A stretch of DNA of 63,810 nucleotides, the filler included, from Lenisia limosa (Eukaryota; Protista; Breviatea), in assembly GCA_001655205.1 (NCBI GenBank). It is 14 parts of 14 records of this genome, joined end to end, with 100 filler letters (N's around TTAATTAATTAA, not from the genome) between each part and the next. Parts side by side here need not be neighbours in the genome. Positions count along the whole stretch, not along the records: positions 54,939 to 63,810 come from LPNZ01008660.1; 13 more parts are not named here. One strand, written 5' to 3'. The notes beneath the pieces are model-generated. The model saw nothing but the letters and a program-made list of their open reading frames with translations. It was not told where the DNA came from and searched no databases. How positions within the stretch are numbered: position 1 is the first letter of the stretch; every line of letters begins with the position of its first letter. Made by a program: the position numbers and the translations under genes. Of this stretch, positions 54,939 through 63,810 are shown in pieces.

Positions 54939-55959
54939 CCCGATCCTACCATCGTAGAAGTCGTCAACAGCCTGCTTCTTCTTGTTCTTCTTGCTCTTCT
55001 TGTTGCCCACGGGAGTGGCAGCAGCAAGGAACTCATCTTCCTCCTCAACCTCGGGCTCCACCTCGGGTTCTACTGTGTCATTTCAAAATCGATTTTTATT
55101 TGGGTTTCACATTCTAGCTACAAGGCAAGTACAAAGCGTCACGAAATAAACAAGATATTAACCTGAACAAAACCGAATGGGGAGCCAACCGGGTTCGGCC
55201 TTCTTTCCCTTCTTCTTGTTCTTCTTCTTGGAAGCAGGTTCAGGAGCAGCAACTTCCTCAATCTCGTCTTCTTCGACTTCTGGCTCTGTATTATTGTGAA
55301 AATCTTTTTCGCACATATGATTGAAGTACCAAGAAATACCCGATCCTACCATAGTAGAAGTCATCAACCGCCTGCTTCTTCTTGTTCTTCTTGCTCTTCT
55401 TGTTGCTCACGGGAGCGGCAGCAGCAAGGAACTCATCTTCTTCCTCAACCTCGGGCTCCACCTCGGGTTCTGGTATTGTTAATAGGAGAAGTAAAAGGAT
55501 ACCACTTACCAGTTTTCATCTTATTCTTTTTAGTCTTCTTTTTTTGGACAGGAGGGCTAATGACCTCCTCATTAACTGCAAAAAAATAAGATGAACACAT
55601 TTTTATTTTCTGAAATGCGTCCACAACTAACCTTGTTCATCTTCAGAACCTGAGAGTTCTGGCTCTGAAGAGTGAGAGGGGGGGGGGGGAGTAAGAATGG
55701 GACNNNNNNNNNNNNNNNNNNNNNNNNNNNNNNNNNNNNNNNNNNNNNNNNNNNTATTGAGATATTGGGAAGAAACGAGGAGAAGGAAGACGTACCATCG
55801 TAGAAATCGTCTAAAGAATCATTTTTGAGTTGCTTCCTGTTTTTTTTATTATCAATTCCTGATTCATGTCCAGTAAGCTCATCTTGGCCTGTCAAAGGTG
55901 AGTGTTGTAATCGGTCAGCAAACACACTCACCTGTTTTTTTCTTTCCCCTTCTTGCCAT
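54939..55959 (-). CDS. K/E-rich N-terminus built from repeated exons (eIF5B/ABCF-type N-terminal composition; identity unproven)
   Basis: ATG at 55959 (MARRGKKKT|). Near-identical 120-bp exons at 55350-55469 and 54950-55069 end in DDFY(D/Y)G. Confidence 0.65.
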
Positions 55960-56249
55960 GACTGGTGAAGATAATTAAATTAAACTAATCTAATCTCAAC
56001 ACAAAAGGGCCTTTTTGGCGGCTGGCGGCCTTTTTCACCCCAAAGATCAAAGTTCATTCTGGCGGGCTTCAAAAAAGAAACAAGTTGCTAAAGAACAAAT
56101 GCAACAGAGCAAAAAATTAAATAAAGAAGATCAGATAAAGTAGTAGTAAGCCCCACAGCAAACAGAACTTGAACATCTAAAATCTCAATCTGGTCTGAGA
56201 ACATTCGTAAAATGTAGTCTTTTCCTTCTCTAACGTAAATATTGAACAG

Positions 56250-59000
56250 AAATGGAAGAATTTATTGAGGTAGAGACCGTAGGACGGAGTATATGCGGAT
56301 TATGGGGAGTGAGAGGGGGTAACTGGCTGTGTGTGTATTTTTCTGTTTCATCTATTCAGCCGCGCAAACCCTACATGAAGCGGATGTACCTTCCAGACTC
56401 TGTAAGATAAATTGGGTTTCAAATTTTTAAAGTGATATGTTCTTATTTCGGCTTATGGCTTCCGGTTTTTCTCACATTTTTATCTCACATGTTTTCTTTT
56501 ATCACCTGTAGACATGGGTGAGATGGTGGAAAAACCTTGTTTACACGGTCACTATTGTGATTTTCTTACTGGTGCCAATGCTCATTTGCTTCAGCTCGTG
56601 AGTGATACGTTTCGCAAAATAACAAAGCTAGGTCTTCAACATCACTTTGGGTCATTAGCTTCATCTTTGATACTCTCTTGATGTATGATGTGTTTGTTAA
56701 TTTTCAAGTCGCATTCTTCAGTGATGGTATTTGCATTGCTGTAAGTTCCCGTTTTCGCATTCTCATAATTAGGACCCGGTTGACGTGGCAGAAGAATACC
56801 GAAGATACTGGCTCTGGCCTGATGTTCTTTCTGTGACCCCACTTGACTTAATACCTCTTGCGCTAGGTGAGAGCCCACGCATTAATGTGAAATGTGAAAT
56901 AAAAAAGTTAGTATGATTAATGGTTTGTATAGGAACGGACCTTGCAGTCGCGTCATTGTTTAAATTAAACCGTCTTTTTCGCCTTGCTAGGTTGGTGGTG
57001 AAGGTCTCTCTCACTCTCTTGGTAGATTTCTTCATCATTCTCTGAGTTCGGAAAACAGACTTTTCATGTCAACAGGTGTGGTGTCTCTGGATATAGTGAA
57101 GCCTCATTTCTTATTTAGCTCATATTCGCTTTGTTAAGTACAGTATACTGCTCTTTGTTCTTATCCATTGGCAAGCATGCCTATGGTTTATTTTTGGTTG
57201 TGGACTTGATGAGTCGGAGTGCGACAGTAATGGATGGGTATGTGAACTTGTATTTTTATTGTCAAGCTTGGTGAAGCAGGTCTTGATAGTGCACCTCTCC
57301 ATAAGCAATACAGTGCAAGTCTGTACTGGGCTGCGGCAAACTTCTTCTTATATTCGTATGCCGGGGAGGCACGCAGAAAGCTGCGTGCACATAGTTGTAA
57401 GGCAAATGATTGGGTGAATTAATATTATACTATTATCCAATATATCTTGTGTGATGGTGTGGACGGCTTCGGCTAGATATTGCTTTTTTTAACAACGCAG
57501 CGCCAGTATATATCCGCCAATTAGTCCAGCGGAACATGTCCTTGCGGTAAGATATACATGTTTCAGAGTACTGACTCAAGCAGGTCTTCCTTTCTGGTTT
57601 TGCCTCAGTTTTTATCATTATGATGCTTGCAAACGCGTCATCTTACATTCATACTTCTGATCTTCGAAGAAACAAATTCCATGATAAAGTAGGGAGAGTG
57701 ATAAAGTAGGGAGAATTTTTTTTTTTTTTTTAAGGCATACCTCTATTTCTATTCATTTTTAAATTTACACAACAGGTGGAATCTGTTTTGGGCTATTTAG
57801 GATCATTGAATTTGCCGCCTGACCTGTTTTCTCGCCTTGAACTCTACTATTCTTATCTTTGGGAAAGGAATCGGTGGGTGTTGGGTTGTTCTATTGATCT
57901 GATAATCTTTAGAGGTGTGGAATGGACAGTATTATATGACAGCCTTCCCCCATCATTCCGAACAGAGGTCTCTTTTTTTATTAACAAACCACTTTTGGAA
58001 AAGGTAAACTGGTCTTGTATATTGATTTCCTTTCAGGTTCCTTTGTTTGAAGGTTGTGATGAAACATTCCATCGGATGCTTTCGACAATGATGAGACCAG
58101 CATTGTTGGTTCTATGTTGGATCTGACTTTTAGGTACACTCCAAATGAGTACATTGTTAGGATGGGAGATCTGGGATCAGAAATGTATTTTATTGCTAGA
58201 GGAGTAGTCCAGGTTTGAAAGACTTCATTCCTTCGAGCCTTATATCATAGGTTGTGAGCGAAGATGGTATCGATGTTTATGACAGCATGCATGATGGAAG
58301 TCTGAAGGGATTGCTTTTGCCTGATCTTATTTATTAGGTTTCTTTGGAGAAGTTGCAGTTCTCTTTAAAACGAAACGTACAGCCTCTATCAGAGCTCGAA
58401 CGCATTGTGACCTTTTTGTCCTTTCAAAACAGGATCTTGATGCCGCATTGAAAGGGTTCGCAAATTCACTTTCAAACTGTCACCTCCTGTGTTTCATCGG
58501 CTTCTTACTGCTTAGGTATCCTGATGTGGAAAAACGAATCAGAACAGTGGCATTAATTAGGTCTGTACACTGCTTGTGTTCTATTGTGATTCTGATCATT
58601 GTAGGCGGAGAAAAGCCGAGAGAAGAGTTATTTTTGAAGGCGGCCAGCCGGATGAACATGATGATGGACAGGTTTGAAGAAAACATCAAGACAGTTAATA
58701 GTTCAGGATGGAAACTGGGACCAAGGGTACGTGGCTAGAAGTACAGCTCCCTCGGAGGTTGACATTGAGGACGATCGATATAGTCGATATTCTGCGGCCC
58801 CGTCAAGAATGGCTGAGTTTGATGCTTCACCAGGGGTGTGAAGTTAAGCAAAATTTCACGAGTGGTGCTTTGTCGTTAATTATTTCTGAGGATTATTGGT
58901 GGAAGAATATTGATATATGAACCTGAAGGTATTGTACAGGGAATTTGTTGGGAATTTGGCAAAAAAGGGGGTTGGAATTTTGGAACATGGCTTCTGAAAT
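56250..59000 (+). CDS. 6TM cation channel with cyclic-nucleotide-binding domain (CNG/KCNH-like); ends approximate
   Basis: S2 DTLLMYDVFVNFQVAFFSDG; S4 FKLNRLFRLARF; S5 IHWQACLWFIFG; C-linker LELYYSYLWERNR; CNBD VPLFEGC, YIVRMGDLGSEMYFIARG, FFGEVAVLFKTKRTASIRA. Confidence 0.9.
57356..57500 (+). repeat. Repeat family B forming a complete 145-nt intron in the channel gene
   Basis: GTATGCCGGGGAGG...AACGCAG; removal restores the frame (FLYS|ASIYPP). Other B copies lie at ~20914, 28098, 28650, 31410, 36885, 43345, 46395, 47925, 51229 and 51955. Confidence 0.88.
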
Positions 59001-59029
59001 AGTTTTGCTAAGACGCTAGTACAAGGCTT

Positions 59030-59505
59030 AACCAAGGGCACACCCAGGTCGTTTTCGTTTGAAATCACCCTAATGGTTGTTTGGAAGTCTGCTACTAGAA
59101 AGGCATGTACTTGTTTCCTTGTTTCCCCGCCTTAGTATGTACTGGCGGCTTGTGGCGTAACGAAAGAGTGACTGAAAACATTAACATGTTATNNNNNNNN
59201 NNNNNNNNNNNNNNNNNNGGCGTCGTCTCTCAACCTCTCACGCTCACGCCGGGGTGGTTCCGCTCCTTAATTTGACCGATCTTTGATCGAAGGAACTCCT
59301 GGGCCTTCACCTCCCTCTCCCCTTCCAACACAACCCTCTTCCTTCTTGCTTCCTTCTTGTTCTTGCAGTTCTTCTTCTTGCCCTTGACTGCGCGCCTTGC
59401 CTCTGCCTCCTGCCCCCCCCCCCNNNNNNNNNNNNNNNNNNNNNNNNNNNNNNNNNNNNNNNNNNNNNNNNNNNNAAGGCGTTCAAATTTTCCCGAGACC
59501 ATCTC
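59030..59505 (-). CDS. Small basic protein, uncertain
   Basis: EAEARRAVKGKKKNCKNKKEARRKR ... KAQEFLRSKIGQIKERNHPG; interrupted by two N-gaps. Confidence 0.35.
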
Positions 59506-59879
59506 CAATCACCCAAATTTTAACAACTGCACCGCAATTCTCATATTCAAGCAAAGTCAATGAGCAATCAATGCGTCAATAAGCTATTATGAATCAGATT
59601 TGGAAGACTAAATCACTCACAGCGTGGGTAGTTTTGAACTCTTTGAATTACTTTTTAGAACTCCGTCAACTGGAACTCTTTCAGAAAAGTCAAAGATTGT
59701 AAGTACCCTTTAAGTACCCATCCTTTCGACTCACAATTGTAGAATACAGCACCTCCATCTTTCCCAATTCTTGCCTCTGCCTATAATAGAAATACAGCAC
59801 GCCCGTATAATGGGTCACAAAAGGATATCTTTCCTGTACCGGTTTGATAGAGATGGACTCTTTTGTAATTGCATCAGGA

Positions 59880-61900
59880 AGCAAACAGTTTCGGTGGAGT
59901 GAAAATTGATGAAGATGATGTGTGCCTCACGTTTGACCTTTTGGATACTCCCCAAGACCCAGGAGTAGCAACAAGAGTAAATATAAGACAGGTAAGGCCA
60001 TCTCTCTTCTTCGAACTATGTTTTACCATTAGAAACTTCCAGAGGTCTTTTCGGGGATGCGTCTGCAAGATTTTGGTTTGAAGATTGTGTTTATTTTTCT
60101 TTTCTATTCGAATTAAACATTAGAAATAATAACTATAAACAGCAACTAGTTTTAAGGCAAGGAAAACATGAAATAATACAAGTTGGGTAAAACAAGTTAC
60201 CTAAAGATCATATAATTACCATAATATAGTGCTATTATTGTTTTGTACGTGACCTTAATACATACTGTAGCAGAAATGCACTGTTGAAAAAAAACTGATA
60301 GCTTTAAGAGAAGCATGTTGGAAATGGGGTTAATCCTACTTCTTACCTCAAATGATTTAAGATTTTGCGGATTTCCAAATAATGTTTTGTTTGTACTTCT
60401 AATATCAGAGAGTAGATCATATTCTAATAATAGTATTATTATATATAGTATATCATATATGATATAGTGTATTTACACCAAATCCGTCCGTCCTCATCCA
60501 ATTCTGTTATAATCCAACCTGTGTACATGAACAGCCTGTTGAGTTGTTATTGTTTAGACACCATTATGGGAGGAAGTGAAGACCATATAACAATTCAAGA
60601 CGTTTGGAAATTAGGTCAGGAATTTTCTTGGAATTTGAGTGTTCTCCATTGAAAGCTCAAAAAGTTTTTACATCCCAGTTTCGAACAATGACATTCACCA
60701 TTTTGACCCAGTTGCCGAAGTATTCAAGGTATGTTTGTGGGGTTAAACTGCTCTAATGTTAAAGAATTCAAATGTAAAAGACTTGCATTTGTGATCTTCA
60801 TTTTAACTTCCATTTATTGATATTCAGCATAAATACAAAAACCTCATTTCAAATTAGTAGTACGTAAGAAGGTGATGAAACACACATTGTGATTGAGGGT
60901 AGATTAGGTTTCTTGTATTTTCTTGTAATTATTTGCTCACCTTGACACTTATTTTTCGAGGAAATTAATTACAATTGGTAAATAAGAAATAATCACTGCG
61001 TAATTGATGGTAATTAATGGAATTCTATCTTTATTATACACTTCTCCTAGATCATTTTTTTTGTCTAAAATGTAACAAAAAATGAAATATGATATATAAT
61101 TCAACCAAAAGAGTCGAAATGCCTAATTGTCTCCCATTAGACTTTGGATCCTCGTGACACAGGCTTCATTAATGTGGACCTTGTAGCTCAAATGCTTGGT
61201 GTCTTTAAGTGGGGGGGGGGGGTGNNNNNNNNNNNNNNNNNNNNNNNNNNNNNNNNNNNNNNNNNNNNNNNNNNNNNNNNNNNNNNNNNNNNNNNNNGTG
61301 ATGTTTTCCTAATTTTTTTTAGAATGGATGAGATTTCGGATGAGGAAAGAACGCTCATCATTAAATATGCAGATCTTGATGAAGATGGCAAAATCTCATT
61401 ATCAGACTTCAGACAAATGCTTGATGTCAAGTTGGCGGGTCAATACTCGATGAGTAAATGGATTGCTTGGAATTAGTTAATTTGATTATTTTTTATTATA
61501 ACAGCCGACTACCTTCTTTGGAAGATGTTGTTTACACCCGAGAAGACATGGAAGAAGACCTTTTAGAACTTCAACGTGAGTACCAACAAGTAGGACCTTT
61601 TGACGTTGTCACATCAAGGAAAATCTTCACTATGATGATGACCGTGAGCGTATTCAAAGAAGGCCGCCAACAGGAAAGACTGGTAAATCTCGACCTTCAT
61701 CAGCTTTGCAAGCGTAGGTGTTTATTTTGTGGTGTGCCAATTTATTAATTTCTTGTTACTTGTGCTTAGAAAAGACAGGCTTCGGCCAGGTATTTGGAAA
61801 TAAGTTGATTTTTAAACTGGTGAATGTTGTTTTGCGCGAGTCAGAAGAGGCAAAGGAGGGAAGAAAGAGAGAGAGAGCGAGAGAGAGGAAAACTCGTTGA
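59880..61900 (+). CDS. EF-hand (calmodulin-like) protein; ends approximate
   Basis: FDPVAEVFK|TLDPRDTGFINVDLVAQMLG and DEISDEERTLIIKYADLDEDGKISLSDFRQML (canonical DxDxDG loop). Confidence 0.78.
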
Positions 61901-62036
61901 AAGTTGTTAATAAATAAAAACACGACTGAGTCATGGTCATTGAGTCATTTTTTTCAGCTCTTGCTCCCCTTTTACCTATTCAAAAATTCTTCTATTAAGA
62001 ACACTGGATACATATATTATACCGTAGAAACCATAT

Positions 62037-63310
62037 CTAAACGCCAACAATCGGGATAACACCATGAGCGCACCTAACATCGACTTCAACAGCATACCAA
62101 AACATGAAGGCCGATATTGTCACGACAACATGCATAATTTGATGGGAGTTGACAAATAAATCGCATTTTCCAGGGAAAAAGCGCTCTGGGATTCTTCCGG
62201 TATTAATGAGTCCACCCTAACATGGTAAAAAAATGGAAATATTTATTACCACTACAAAGAGCCAAGTAGATAGGTGATGCCAGAAACTGCTTTCAAGACA
62301 AACACCGAGTGAATCCTTCCATATGACAAAGGAATAGCGCAAGAGCCTGGCATGATGAGAGAGAAATATCTTACGTGTTGGTTCCAAATGCCCAAAATCG
62401 GTATTTATTGCTTGTTGAAAAGAGAACATTTGCAAGGGACAATGAGGCAAGAGCCGATAAAAGGAGCGTTGAAAGGAAAAGTGACTCAGCATCTTGGTAA
62501 AAACCTAAAAGATAATAAACACCATGTCAGAAAATTTACAACAAACTAATGGGTACCTCAAGCATAAGGTTTGTTTGTTATTTTCGAAGTAATTTCTTTT
62601 GCCTACTGTAAATGACTAAAGCTGAAGCCGAACCATTGACAGCCGACCAAACTCCAGCAACATCACACTTCAAACAAACAGAATAGTCTTTTAATGAACT
62701 GCTACGTTAAGATAGAAATTGTGATAGAATGTAGTTATTCAAATTTCATGATTACTGTTTCTGTTCACATCTATTCAGAGGACAGGATCACAAATTAACA
62801 AATAATGTTCAAAACTATTTAAAAATTACTGTATTGGAGGTTAAAACATGACAACCTGTATCTTGATACAAAAAGGAGTATTCTTGGGAGGAACTGAATT
62901 GTACTAAACGTAGGACCTCACCTGCATGTTGACATTGTCAAGTGATACCACACTGAGAAAACGAAGCATGCAAGGAAACAGAGCCCCGCAATCGTCAGCC
63001 CCCATTGCATGTACCATGGTCCTATTGAACATAAACAAAAAGTAGGCTTGCTGGACTGTACAAATACACAAGAGCAATAATGATCAATACCATATTGTTC
63101 TTCACTCCCAACCTTCAATATCTAGTTGAGTTGAGCAGAATACAATAAAGGAGAAGGGAAGGATCAGTGGGAGATGAGTCCAAACATTAACACTTTCGTT
63201 GTGAAAGTAGAAGAGGGACTCATAGGCTTCTCGAAGAGATTGGATTGGACGGTATCCAGAAAGAATAAACCTATGTTGTGAAGGTGCAATTTGAAGTTTC
63301 TTTACCTATT
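62037..63310 (-). CDS. PAQR/AdipoR-family 7TM protein (PAQR3/4-like); start not resolved
   Basis: FILSGYRP...SLFYFHNESVNVWTHL; SVWYHL; KCDVAGV; GGLINTGRIPERFFPGKCDLFVNSHQIMHVVV; TAG at 62037-62039. Confidence 0.9.
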
Positions 63311-63680
63311 GAATCTTAAAAATTTTGGTGTGTCATTTATCTTTAAAAGCCGGGGGGGTGTAGAAGAGTACGTTAGAAACATTTGGTATTTGGTAAGTGA
63401 GAAGGGAAGAGGGAAGTGTGTAGAAGAAATAGGCGTTGTGTAAAAACAAACAGAAATAAAAAGGTTGTGTGAAAGAGGGGGGCGGCCGGTCGTTCAGTCT
63501 CTTTTTTTCTGGAGAAATTGAACAGGAACATTACGTGATATGATATACATTGAACGAAAAAAATACGGATTACTTAAGTCTTTAGGAAATTGAAGGTTGG
63601 TGTTAAAAAACACCGTTGTGGTAAAAGGAAACACATAAATGTGAATCCGAAAAAAGCCAAAAAGGCAGAAGTCAAAAGAC

Positions 63681-63810
63681 TTAGGCGTGGGTGCCGCGGA
63701 GACGCATGGCGAGACGCATATCATCGGGCTTAATGGTAACGCGGTGGGCGTGGATGGCGCAAGCGTTGGTGTCATCGAAAAGACCGACAAGGTAAGCCTC
63801 AGCAGCCTCC
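63681..63810 (-). CDS. Divergent histone H3 variant, C-terminal histone fold; runs off window
   Basis: [42 protein letters not shown]-stop aligns without gaps to H3 residues 94-135. Confidence 0.9.
   Translation of the reverse strand, partial: EAAEAYLVGLFDDTNACAIHAHRVTIKPDDMRLAMRLRGTHA

Noticed and set aside
56642-56878. Minus-strand 78-aa ORF
   Set aside because: Antisense shadow of the channel's transmembrane exons.

Overview
Eukaryotic, intron-rich nuclear DNA (GT-AG introns, apparently standard genetic code) from a probably flagellated protist, since it encodes CCDC39. The window is not contiguous: it is 14 contigs joined by artificial 100-bp spacers (44 N + TTAATTAATTAA + 44 N), with further internal N-gaps that mostly abut poly-G/poly-C tracts. 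Recognisable genes are CCDC39, DDX42 (with a C-terminal WW domain), a DYRK-family kinase, an ABCA transporter, Exportin-6, an NAD-dependent epimerase/reductase, a ubiquitin-like-domain protein, a cyclic-nucleotide-binding 6TM channel with an atypical pore, an EF-hand protein, a PAQR receptor, a divergent histone H3, a GPI-anchored Cys-rich protein, tRNA-Pro(CGG) and several orphan multi-exon genes. The most striking signal is in the introns. Two dispersed repeat families (here B and C) make up whole introns in unrelated genes and supply donor or acceptor sites, which is Introner-like. Introns also show a polar G-run-after-donor / C-run-before-acceptor pattern, carry two TA-flanked MITE families, and contain many short tandem duplications that span splice sites. 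Exon structures were assembled by eye, so gene ends are approximate where stated.
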